From Coleofasciculus chthonoplastes F2-STO-03 (GTDB taxonomy: Bacteria > Cyanobacteriota > Cyanobacteriia > Cyanobacteriales > Coleofasciculaceae): a stretch of 17,488 nt of DNA. Under the pieces are notes generated by a model that ran no database searches, was not told the origin of the DNA, and saw only the letters and a list, made by a program, of their open reading frames with translations. Numbering within the stretch: position 1 is the first letter of the stretch; every line of letters begins with the position of its first letter. The position numbers and the translations under genes are program-made. Of the stretch, positions 1-8,232 are shown in pieces. The stretch covers positions 1 through 17,488 of the forward strand of contig JAVJWO010000201.1 of assembly GCA_040222015.1 (NCBI GenBank). The letters run 5' to 3'.

Positions 1-127
1 GGGTAGCGAGCAAGATGCTGGGAATGGGTAGCGAGCAAGATGCTGGGAATGGGTAGCGAGCAAGATGCTGGGAATGGGTAGCGAGCAAGATGCTGGGAAT
101 GGGTAGCGAGCAAGATGCTCGCACTAC
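1..127. repeat. 25-bp tandem array (GGGTAGCGAGCAAGATGCTGGGAAT x4) ending in one complete GTAG-type REP-like palindrome
   Basis: Identical units at 1-25, 26-50, 51-75 and 76-100. The fifth copy continues as GTAGCGAGCA-AGA-TGCTCGC-ACTAC (103-127), a hairpin bracketed by GTAG...CTAC. No spacers. Truncated by the window start. Confidence 0.95.
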
Positions 128-159
128 TGGCGTGACACAGCTAAAATAGGGTTTTGTTG

Positions 160-218
160 GTAGTGAACACTTTAGTGTTCTAACGCCTAGCTGGAGAGGG
201 CTAAGGTTCCCTCACTAC
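160..218. repeat. Two-hairpin GTAG...CTAC REP-like element downstream of the CHAT gene
   Basis: GTAGT-GAACAC-TTTA-GTGTTC (160-180) and GAGGG...CCCTC-ACTAC (196-218); ends GTAGT/ACTAC are complementary. Confidence 0.7.
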
Positions 219-243
219 GAACTTCCCGTCGCGCCTTCTGTTG

Positions 244-3200
244 TTACCAGGGACTCCCTATCATTGTAAATGCTGACCAATAATAGGGATGAGAAAGTTC
301 TTTATCCCCTAACCTTGATAACTCTGGCGGTAACGTCAGGGTTTTCCCATTCACCTGCAATTGTCCACCTTGTAGCTGAACCTTTCCTTGCAACATCGTG
401 ATTTGGGCTTGTCGGAGGGCGTCTGCTTTAATCGAGGTATTGTGTAACTGATTATAAAACTCAGTCATTAACCCTAACGTAGCTTCATCACTGACATACC
501 ATAAACTTCCCAACGCTGATTTTACCCCCGCTTGCACCGCTAACCCAGCAAAGCCTAATTCGGCATTTTCATCGCCCACAGCAGTGCGACAAGCGCTGAG
601 AACTAATAACTCGACAGGGGGATTATTCCAACCCAGTTGACGCAGTTGATCTAACTTTAATTTAGTATCAAATAGCTGAATATAGGAATTTTCTGGTTTT
701 CCTGGCTTAAATTCGCCATGAGTCGCCAGATGAATAATCTGAAACGGTTGATTTTGGCGTTGGGATTTGAGATTATTCAGCGTAAATTCAGCATTGACAA
801 AGGATTTCCCTTGCCAAATTTGATTGGCAATTGTAGAGACTTCGATGGGTACCGCAGGTAAGGGCGATTGATCCGTAAATTGAGACGCGCCCATGGCTAA
901 AACTTGGGCATTATCAAGGGGTTGATATCGAGTATCGGTTAAATTAACACTGGGGATAAGTCCGAGACTATATTTTTGCACCAGAAACTGTTGCCCATCA
1001 TGCAACGCGGCGACGGGTATTGCCCGTAATCCTGCATCCATGGAGAAGACAATGGTGTTAATTCCTTCTTTTTGCAACTCCGCTTCTAAGGGTGCAATTA
1101 ACCATTGGTACAGTTGCTGGGCAGAATCAAGGTAACTATTAGTATTCCGTTTAACCGGATTAGTCATGTTTCGCCTAAACTCTGCCACTTTTTTCATCAG
1201 TACCTCACGGCGGGCGGCGGGAATACTTTTGTGAATCGGAATTCCCGAAGGCGTGACTAAAACTAAATCCAATTGTTCGGCGCGGGCAAATGTATAGAGA
1301 ACCGCTGGTTTTTCTCCGGTTGCTTCTCCTGTCTGATTCAGACGTTCCTGAATATCGGCAAATGATTTTAACTCTCGATTTACTCGTTGATCAATATAGG
1401 AACCGAGTTCTTCACTAAACAGAATGTCGATAAATAGTACTGCTTGGGGAATCTTATTTTCATCCAACAAACGGGCAATATCAAGGCGATCAACGGTTCG
1501 TAAAATTAACTTGTCCGACTCTTCTTCGGGAATCAGTGATGGGGGAGAAGGGTTGATGTCTGCTGGGAAATCTTTGACAATTTCATTAGGAATTGAAACG
1601 GGAGGTTCCGGTGGTGGGTTTATTGGAGCAGGAATTGGACCGGGAGGTTCCGGTGGTGGCGGGGGTTCTGGTGGTGGGTTTTGGGTAATGATTTGAATTT
1701 CTGCCTGAGTATAGGAACCGGGGAAGGATTGCGAGGGCAAAATTGAGTTGGTTGAATCGGTTGTAATCGCCCCGGCTGTTCCGTTAATTTGGGCATTTCC
1801 GACATCAAACGTAGTATTCCTCGCGCCACCATCATGTCGGATAATAATGTCACCGTCTCCCTCACCGCCAGCCGTAGAAATGCTGGCTGAAATGCCATTT
1901 TGGTCGAAAAATGTACCTGTAGCTTGGAAAAATTGTTGCGTGGTAATGTCAACATTACCGCCGCTACCGTTGCTTCCCCCTTGGGCATTAATAGACTCAA
2001 CTAAAATACCATTTTCTGGGTCGAGAAAAACATCGCCACCATCCCCCACAGTGCCACTTGTATCAATCTTACCTGTAATCATGCGATCGCGTGCTTCAAT
2101 GCGAATGGTTCCACCCGTTGTTCCCGAAGCGTTTAAGTCGCCTGTGGTGATGATTCCCGGTTGACTCATTAGGGTAATTCCCCCATTGGCTGTAATATCG
2201 CCTGTAGTGATATCGCCGCCATCTAAACCTGTACTCAGGGAAACATTACCCGCAAATGTCAACGATTCACGAACCGTAATTTTATCGTTTTCTGCACCAG
2301 TATCTACGTCCAGATTTTCCAGGCTGGAGTCATAATTTACCGTTTGTGACTCCCGCGTTAATTGATTGGCGGTAATTTCTATATTATCGGTTGTGTCTGT
2401 ACCCTTAATCGCCAACGTATCATTACCCGTTGTTCCGGAGTCATTAATCGTGGTTGTCGCACTTCCGGTATCACTCAAATTGATGATATAGTTATCGCTG
2501 TTTTCTCGACCATCAATATTACCACTCACAGTCGCACCGTTACTCAGTTGAAATGCATCATTCTCCGTACCACCTGTCAGATTCTCTATGGCAGAGAAAT
2601 TAATCGTTCCGTTAACATTTCCCGAATTTGATGCCGTAATCGTCCAGGTATTGTCAGCGTTTGCGCCAATCAGACTATCATTACCCCTTCCCCCGTCAAT
2701 TCTGCCACTGATCACAGCATCATTACTCAGTTGAAACCGATCATTCTCCGTACCCCCTGTCAGATTCTCGATTGCGGAAAATGCGATCGTTCCATTAATC
2801 GTTCCTGTATTCGCGGCAGTAATCGTCCAGGTATTGCTAGCGTTTGCGCCAATTAGACTATCATTACCCGTTCCACCATCAATTGTGCCACTGATAGAAG
2901 CACTATTACTCAGTTGAAATATATCATTCTCCGTACCACCTGTCATATTTTCTATGGCAGAGAAATTAATCGTTCCGTTAACATTTCCCGAATTTGATGC
3001 CGTAATCGTCCAGGTATTGTCAGCGTTTGCGCCAATCACACTATCATTACCTGTACCACCATTAACTGTGCCACTGATAGAAGCACTATTACTCAGTTGA
3101 AATATATCATTCTCCGTACCACCTGTCAGATTTTCTATGGCAGAGAAATTAGCGATTCCGTTAATAGTTCCTCCATTCAGTGCCGTAATCGTCCAGGTAT

Positions 3201-6200
3201 TAGCAGCGTTTGCACCCACCAAAATATCATTACCCGTTCCCCCGTCAATTCTGCCACTGAGAGAAGCGCCATTATTGAATCGAAAGATATCATTAGCAGT
3301 GCCTCCGGTGAGATTTTCTATTGACGTAAAAGATAGGGATTCGTTAAACCCACTCACCTCACCTGCATCTGTACCCGTAATCCTATAGATGGTATCATCA
3401 TCAGGTCCAATTAAGGTTGACCCGCCAGCAATCGTCACCGGATCTTTGAAGTTGAAGGAATTAAGCGTAATTATACCTGTGCCATCAGATTGTCCAATTG
3501 TAATCGAATTAAAACTATCTTGTAGCGCTGTCAAATCCGTCGTGGAGAGATCTAACGCGGCTGTATCTGAATTATCCGCAATTATAATATCTTGGCTCGG
3601 TGTTCGAGGCTGAATCTGTACATCCCCAATCCCAATTACAGAATCAACCCCTCCATTCAAGTTAATTTCATCAGCGGTTAAATTAAGCGCATTGCCATTA
3701 CTTGTCGTCGTCACATCCTGAAGACTAATCTGGTTAGCAGTCATATTAATTGTATCTGCCTGAATCCCCTGATTCGCCGTAACCTGATCCGCACTGGTAA
3801 TCGTCAATCCGCCCAATGGTGTTGAAAGGCTTGTTCCTTGACCGACATTGTAGTGAGCTTGGATTTGTTCGGGGGATAAAGCTGAGTTATAGATAGCCAC
3901 TTCATCAGCATAACCTTGGAAATTTCCATATATACCTCCAATTTTATTGCTGGGATGAACAACAGTATACGGTGTACTCGCCACTCCACTGCTGACCAAT
4001 TTACCGTTGATATATAAACTAGGTGTTCTGTTATTATAAACTATGGCAATATGAGTCCAATCATTGAGCGTACCCGAAGAAACAACGACGGCTGGCATAT
4101 AATCACGGGAATGCTCGTAAAGGCTGACACCATTAGTTCCTACAGAAGCACCAGCCCCCAAATGAACCTTTGGCAGTCCTCCCCAAGTCCCTTCTCCATG
4201 CTCAGGATTGAAGATATAGTTTTGTCCTGAAGTGCCATCATAATTAAAACCTATGGGATTGTCTGCTCTCACTTTGTCTATTTCGTGCATGGTTTCTGGT
4301 TTGACCCAGACTTCCATGGTGAACGTGTTGACAATTCCCGTATCATTAAGCGAAACGATGTCATCCGTTCCATCAAATCTCACGCTAGAACCTATCTTTC
4401 CAGTTTGTCCAGCCGTAGGACAGGTTGTGGTTGAGCATGAACCCATATTGGTGGAACCGGAAATGTCACTAAAGCTAGTCGCACCAGCGTCTTCTTCAAA
4501 TGACCAGTAACCCACTGGATCATCTAGAAGAACTGCTACATCATAAGGCAATGCTCCTCCAACTAAACCCGCAAATGTCACATTTCCAGTACCTGCATCC
4601 AGGGTCAAGGTTGGCGATGTTCCCCCACTCAAACCATGTAAACTGCTATTAAAGGTAATATTACCCCCAACCGTAGAACCTGTACTCAGGGTTTGATCGC
4701 TGCGAAGAATGACTGGAGATTCAAAGGTAAGATTTCCGCCATTCAAGCCAATCGAGGCATCTAAATTAATAAAGGCAGCTTCAAAGGTTAAACTGTTGCT
4801 ACTGGTGGAAGTAATATCTTCGTTAATATCAATATTTTTAATCGCGGCAATGGAGACATCCCCGTTATTCAGGGCGGTTTCAATTGCTGTATTAGAAATT
4901 TGAAACGTGAGTCCTACACCATCTCCGGTTAAAATTTGATTATCGCTAATTGCACCATCATTTGTACCTGCTGTGCCAATAACAACTGTTTTTGGATCTA
5001 AAAATAACTGACCATTTTCACCCGCAGTCGCCCCGACATCAACGACTCCATCAAACGCTAGATTCTCTTTCCCCGACACTTCAACCAAACCACCATCACC
5101 CGAATTCATGCCGCCACGGGCGCTAATTGTGCCATAAAATTGGGTGGTTTGATCTGCCCAAAGAATTACTTCTCCCCCATCACCCCCATCTTCAGCATCA
5201 GCCTGAATCACCGAATCCCGGCTAACGTAGGTATGGGAGGCATTGGGTAACGTTCCCTCACCCTGATACTCGCCACCAATCTTGACGCTACCGCCGCCCT
5301 GGATTCCTGTAGCATTAATAGTGGTGGCAATTAAGCCGACGCGATCGCCTAATACCTGCACATCACCGCCAACCTCTCCCGACACATCCAGATCACCGGC
5401 AATAATGGTTGTCCCTATCGTCGTGGGAATCTGCGTTCCAGACGCTTCTAGGGTGAGAGTGCGATCGCGATTCACTGTCACCCCGCTTACCGCTTCCCCA
5501 CTGTTATTTGTCAGCAACTCCGGTAACATCTGAGGTTCAATGGGTAATACATTCCCTTGACTATCCGCCATGGGTTGTATTTCCAAACTCAAAATCTGCC
5601 CGGGCTGACTTAACCGTACCCGACTGGTTCCCGGAACGGCTGTTACGGTAATATTGCCCCCAGGTGCGGTCAAACTCCCCGTATTGAGTACAGTTCCCCC
5701 AATTAAAGCCAGATTCTGTCCGGCGGATACGCTTAAATCTCCCGCATTAATTATCGCTCCGGGTTGCACGGTATCAAAAACAAATTGATTCGGATTTCCC
5801 ACTAAATTACTGTAATCATTACTACTAAATGCCTGAAACCAACCGCCATCAAAGCCAATTCCTGTAGCCGTTGTGGCGATGAAATCACCCCCGACATTAA
5901 GCTGTGCATCTTGACCGAAAACGATGCCCGCTGGATTGATTAAATATAAATTAGAGTTGCCCCCAGTGACTTGAATAAGACCATTAATCATCGAGGGATC
6001 GCCACCAAAAACCCGCGTCAAAATATTATGAATCGTTGGATTGGAGAGAAAATTAGCAATTTGAGTTGAGGAGAGTCCAAATTGCTCAAAGCTGTGGAAT
6101 AGATTTGCCCCATCCTCCGATAAAGAACCCCCGGTGATATCGAAGCGGTTCCCATCTGGGGTGACAATTGTACCTGTACCATCGCTGGGTGAGGGAATCG

Positions 6201-6288
6201 GTTGAGACTCAACTGGCTGGATGGCAACGGTACTGGCTACGATTAGTCCTGCTAAAAGCCGCGTGTTTCTGAGATAAGCGACATTCAT
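244..6288 (-). CDS. Large secreted-type protein: signal peptide, filamentous haemagglutinin N-terminal (TPS) domain, beta-helical region, LamG/concanavalin-A-like domain, 61-aa repeats, Pro-rich linker, C-terminal CHAT (caspase-like) domain
   Basis: 2014-aa ORF. N-terminal hydrophobic leader ending PVES-Q; TPS motifs NLFHSFEQF and NPAGIVFG; LamG motifs GYWSFEE, FTMEVWVKP, WTHIAIVY, LYINGKLV, DEVAIYNSALSPEQI; CHAT dyad motifs HLATHG and LVLSAC and terminal HPYYWSAFTMIGSPW. Confidence 0.93.
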   Translation of the reverse strand: MNVAYLRNTRLLAGLIVASTVAIQPVESQPIPSPSDGTGTIVTPDGNRFDITGGSLSEDGANLFHSFEQFGLSSTQIANFLSNPTIHNILTRVFGGDPSMINGLIQVTGGNSNLYLINPAGIVFGQDAQLNVGGDFIATTATGIGFDGGWFQAFSSNDYSNLVGNPNQFVFDTVQPGAIINAGDLSVSAGQNLALIGGTVLNTGSLTAPGGNITVTAVPGTSRVRLSQPGQILSLEIQPMADSQGNVLPIEPQMLPELLTNNSGEAVSGVTVNRDRTLTLEASGTQIPTTIGTTIIAGDLDVSGEVGGDVQVLGDRVGLIATTINATGIQGGGSVKIGGEYQGEGTLPNASHTYVSRDSVIQADAEDGGDGGEVILWADQTTQFYGTISARGGMNSGDGGLVEVSGKENLAFDGVVDVGATAGENGQLFLDPKTVVIGTAGTNDGAISDNQILTGDGVGLTFQISNTAIETALNNGDVSIAAIKNIDINEDITSTSSNSLTFEAAFINLDASIGLNGGNLTFESPVILRSDQTLSTGSTVGGNITFNSSLHGLSGGTSPTLTLDAGTGNVTFAGLVGGALPYDVAVLLDDPVGYWSFEEDAGATSFSDISGSTNMGSCSTTTCPTAGQTGKIGSSVRFDGTDDIVSLNDTGIVNTFTMEVWVKPETMHEIDKVRADNPIGFNYDGTSGQNYIFNPEHGEGTWGGLPKVHLGAGASVGTNGVSLYEHSRDYMPAVVVSSGTLNDWTHIAIVYNNRTPSLYINGKLVSSGVASTPYTVVHPSNKIGGIYGNFQGYADEVAIYNSALSPEQIQAHYNVGQGTSLSTPLGGLTITSADQVTANQGIQADTINMTANQISLQDVTTTSNGNALNLTADEINLNGGVDSVIGIGDVQIQPRTPSQDIIIADNSDTAALDLSTTDLTALQDSFNSITIGQSDGTGIITLNSFNFKDPVTIAGGSTLIGPDDDTIYRITGTDAGEVSGFNESLSFTSIENLTGGTANDIFRFNNGASLSGRIDGGTGNDILVGANAANTWTITALNGGTINGIANFSAIENLTGGTENDIFQLSNSASISGTVNGGTGNDSVIGANADNTWTITASNSGNVNGTINFSAIENMTGGTENDIFQLSNSASISGTIDGGTGNDSLIGANASNTWTITAANTGTINGTIAFSAIENLTGGTENDRFQLSNDAVISGRIDGGRGNDSLIGANADNTWTITASNSGNVNGTINFSAIENLTGGTENDAFQLSNGATVSGNIDGRENSDNYIINLSDTGSATTTINDSGTTGNDTLAIKGTDTTDNIEITANQLTRESQTVNYDSSLENLDVDTGAENDKITVRESLTFAGNVSLSTGLDGGDITTGDITANGGITLMSQPGIITTGDLNASGTTGGTIRIEARDRMITGKIDTSGTVGDGGDVFLDPENGILVESINAQGGSNGSGGNVDITTQQFFQATGTFFDQNGISASISTAGGEGDGDIIIRHDGGARNTTFDVGNAQINGTAGAITTDSTNSILPSQSFPGSYTQAEIQIITQNPPPEPPPPPEPPGPIPAPINPPPEPPVSIPNEIVKDFPADINPSPPSLIPEEESDKLILRTVDRLDIARLLDENKIPQAVLFIDILFSEELGSYIDQRVNRELKSFADIQERLNQTGEATGEKPAVLYTFARAEQLDLVLVTPSGIPIHKSIPAARREVLMKKVAEFRRNMTNPVKRNTNSYLDSAQQLYQWLIAPLEAELQKEGINTIVFSMDAGLRAIPVAALHDGQQFLVQKYSLGLIPSVNLTDTRYQPLDNAQVLAMGASQFTDQSPLPAVPIEVSTIANQIWQGKSFVNAEFTLNNLKSQRQNQPFQIIHLATHGEFKPGKPENSYIQLFDTKLKLDQLRQLGWNNPPVELLVLSACRTAVGDENAELGFAGLAVQAGVKSALGSLWYVSDEATLGLMTEFYNQLHNTSIKADALRQAQITMLQGKVQLQGGQLQVNGKTLTLPPELSRLGDKELSHPYYWSAFTMIGSPW
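2510..3390 (-). repeat. Intragenic 183-bp (61-aa) tandem repeats, four full units plus partial flanks
   Basis: IEN(L/M)TGG codons start at 3321, 3138, 2955, 2772 and 2589 (period 183). Each unit carries RTX-like GGTGND/GGTEND motifs and NTWTITA. Outer boundaries approximate. Confidence 0.9.
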
Positions 6289-6342
6289 CGGGTAAAAGCC
6301 CCCACCAAACGATTTGATATAAGCCTACTACATCAGAGCACG

Positions 6343-6412
6343 ATTTGTCATTTGTTATTTGTCATTTGTCATTTGTCATTTGTCATTTGTCATTTGTTAT
6401 TTGTTATTCGTT
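6343..6412. repeat. STRR2-type heptamer array, ATTTGT(C/T) x10
   Basis: Ten consecutive 7-bp units, the last one ATTCGTT; matches the cyanobacterial STRR2 consensus TT(G/T)GTCA. Confidence 0.92.
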
Positions 6413-6509
6413 AGGACTTACGCAAAGCCTCTATTTGTAGGGTGTGTTAGCGCAGCGTAACGCACCGTGACCACCATAAGTGGTGGTGCTGCCTGCGTAA
6501 GTAAGTCCT
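6413..6509. mobile_element. MITE-like element with AGGACTTACGCA terminal inverted repeats and an internal GTAG REP-like palindrome
   Basis: Left TIR AGGACTTACGCA (6413-6424); right TIR TGCGTAAG[TAAG]TCCT (6494-6509) with a 4-bp internal duplication. Internal GTAGGGTGTGTTA...TAACGCACC (6437-6466) and hairpin ACCACCA-TAAG-TGGTGGT. No coding capacity. Confidence 0.7.
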
Positions 6510-6517
6510 GTTTGTTC

Positions 6518-6581
6518 TACTCGCTTCCCTTAAAAAGCCAGCTACGTCGTGAGGGTGTGAGGAGTATTTGCAGAACTTAAT
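6518..6581. repeat. Small dispersed repeat TACTCGC...AGCTACGTC plus tail, copy 1
   Basis: Aligns with 10287-10353 (core plus AGGGT...TATTT(G/A)CAGAACTTAAT tail) and with 11365-11396 (core only). Confidence 0.75.
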
Positions 6582-6584
6582 TAT

Positions 6585-7040
6585 TCATAATTCATGATTC
6601 TGTTTACCGTTGCGATAACCATAGAAGTCAATCCGATACTCAGTAATTTTAACGCCAGTTTGTTGCTCAATGTGTTGAATTAGTTCCTCTGGCAATTCTA
6701 CATACACATCCATGATCTGATGAGTATCCACACAATTAACGTGACTGTGTGCATCGCTGATATTTCCGTAAAGCCGTCCATCGGATCGCTCAATACATTC
6801 AATAATCCCTTGAGACGATAGCGCCTCTAGATTTTGGTACACAGAAGTATGACCAATTTCTTTGCCTTGCTGATTCAGGCGATCATAAATTTCTCGTGCA
6901 CAGAGATGCTCTCGATCTTGCCACAGTAATTCCAAAATTAAGCGGCGTTGACGCGACAAGCGCATTCCTAACGCTTGACATCGATTGAGGGCGTCTTCCA
7001 ATGAGCGAATTGGTTTGACAACTGCCGCTTCTTTCTGCAT
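6585..7040 (-). CDS. furC: Fur-family transcriptional regulator, cyanobacterial FurC/PerR type
   Basis: 151 aa from the ATG at 7040 (the ORF track extends to a TTG at 7088). Fur motifs RLSRQRRLIL, EHLxAREIY, GHTSVYQNLEAL and HSHVNC. As I recall it, very similar to Anabaena FurC (PerR). Confidence 0.85.
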   Translation of the reverse strand: MQKEAAVVKPIRSLEDALNRCQALGMRLSRQRRLILELLWQDREHLCAREIYDRLNQQGKEIGHTSVYQNLEALSSQGIIECIERSDGRLYGNISDAHSHVNCVDTHQIMDVYVELPEELIQHIEQQTGVKITEYRIDFYGYRNGKQNHEL

Positions 7041-7364
7041 AGTCGATACGTTGAATGGGGTGGTTAGCTGTATGGGGAGTAGTCTCAAGCTCTACCCTGA
7101 AGATGAGCCTGATCCTGATAGAGAGTTAATAATGCACTGATTAAACGCGCCTAATATTTGCGGATATAATCTTTTTTGCCAAGCTTTGTTCAGGTTTGGG
7201 TCTGAATGACTGGCTATCTGGCACTGTAAGGCAAACTCATTACCACTTTACCTTAGATGGTTTGAGTCTGTCTACTGTGGACTGATATCCAGTTTGGTAG
7301 CATTGATTGTGTTAATGAAAACTAAGGTAAGCTTGATCCGAGGTTAAGCTTGGGGACTGCTTGA

Positions 7365-7453
7365 CCCTTCGACTTCGCGGCAATTGAGCGTGTCGAAATT
7401 CAGGGTCAACACCGAGCGACTTGTATCGAGCGAAGTCGAGATAAGCCGAGGTG
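7365..7453. repeat. Composite of nested small repeats of the TTCGACTTCGCTCA / TGAGCGAAGTCGAA type
   Basis: CCCTTCGACTTCGC[GGCAATTGAGCGTGTCGAAAT]TCAGGG-TCAA-CACCGAGCGA[CTTGTATCGAGCGAAGTCGAGATA]AGCCGAGGTG. The uninterrupted motif TTCGACTTCGCTCA occurs at 8166-8179. Confidence 0.7.
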
Positions 7454-7486
7454 TTAAGTGCCAAATACCGAAGTAATCCAGGCAAT

Positions 7487-7515
7487 GTACAGACGCGGTA
7501 ACAGTGCGTCTCTAC
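7487..7515. repeat. GTAGAGACG-type REP-like palindrome (degenerate)
   Basis: GTACAGACGC-GGTAACAGT-GCGTCTCTAC; same family as the perfect copy at 10222-10251. Confidence 0.75.
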
Positions 7516-7545
7516 GTCCAAGTGTTGTGGAGCGGATAAAGATTA

Positions 7546-8037
7546 GTGGCAATCACAATTAAACTCAATTCCCATTCCATCAATGATTTAGACCTATCAC
7601 CTGTCCAGACTATGATTGATAAGTGGTTGACCGAGGGCGCGATCGCAAACTATGAGCAGCAGTTACGCTTTGAGTTTAACTACCCTCGCGAACCCAATGA
7701 TCCACGGGAATGGTCAGAAATTCCGGAAATACGTCTGTGGTTTATCCGCTTAGATGTTCAGTATCCGTGGTTACCATTTCTGCTGGATTGGAAAGCTGGG
7801 GAACTCGCCCGTTACACGGCGATGCTCGTCCCCCATCAGTTCAATCGGACGGAAGGAATTCAGTATAACCCAGAAGCCTTAGAAATTTTCATGATGCAAA
7901 AGGTTTTTGTGGTGAATAACTGGTTACAACAAATTGATTTACCCAACCAGTCGCGCCTCAAGTCCATGGCTCAAATGTTAGGGTATGAACTCGATGATAC
8001 CTTGTTTAAGCTAATGTTCCCCCCAAAAATAACTTGA
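7546..8037 (+). CDS. crr6: CRR6-family NdhI maturation factor (NDH-1 assembly)
   Basis: 163 aa, GTG start. Motifs DPREWSEIPEIRLWFIRLD, YPWLPFLLDWKAGEL, RYTAMLVPHQF and GIQYNPEALEIF; adjacent to GT9 and ispD. Confidence 0.88.
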   Translation: MAITIKLNSHSINDLDLSPVQTMIDKWLTEGAIANYEQQLRFEFNYPREPNDPREWSEIPEIRLWFIRLDVQYPWLPFLLDWKAGELARYTAMLVPHQFNRTEGIQYNPEALEIFMMQKVFVVNNWLQQIDLPNQSRLKSMAQMLGYELDDTLFKLMFPPKIT

Positions 8038-8051
8038 GACATAAAGGGGTG

Positions 8052-8190
8052 AGGACTTACCCACAGACGCTGTATACAGTAGGAACACGATATGTTCCCT
8101 ACAGATGGTGGTTCATCTTGGTGTTGGCTTTAAGTAGAAGGGTACTGACTGGTAGGCTGGTGGGTTTCGACTTCGCTCAACCCACCCTAC
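8052..8190. repeat. Repeat cluster between the convergent crr6 and GT9 genes: solo AGGACTTAC TIR plus two GTAG REP-like palindromes
   Basis: AGGACTTACCCA (8052-8063); GTAGGAACA-CGATA-TGTTCCCTAC (8079-8102); GTAGGCT-GGTGGGTT-TCGACTTCGCTC-AACCCACC-CTAC (8152-8190). Confidence 0.75.
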
Positions 8191-8232
8191 GGTATATCAA
8201 GGGTTTCGACGCTCCAAAACGGCTTAATCAGC

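Noticed and set aside
1..127. Possible CRISPR array (25-bp repeats)
   Set aside because: Units are directly adjacent with no unique spacers, and there are no cas genes.
1424..6227. Short ORFs overlapping the CHAT gene (1424-1696, 1620-2000, 1748-2164, 2362-2631, 3097-3324, 3137-3388, 3389-3613, 3804-3989, 4253-4510, 4709-4903, 5282-5533, 6018-6227)
   Set aside because: Antisense or alternate-frame shadows of a well-supported long gene; no recognisable motifs.
7312..7521. 69-aa minus-strand ORF
   Set aside because: Runs almost entirely through nested repeats; no protein features.
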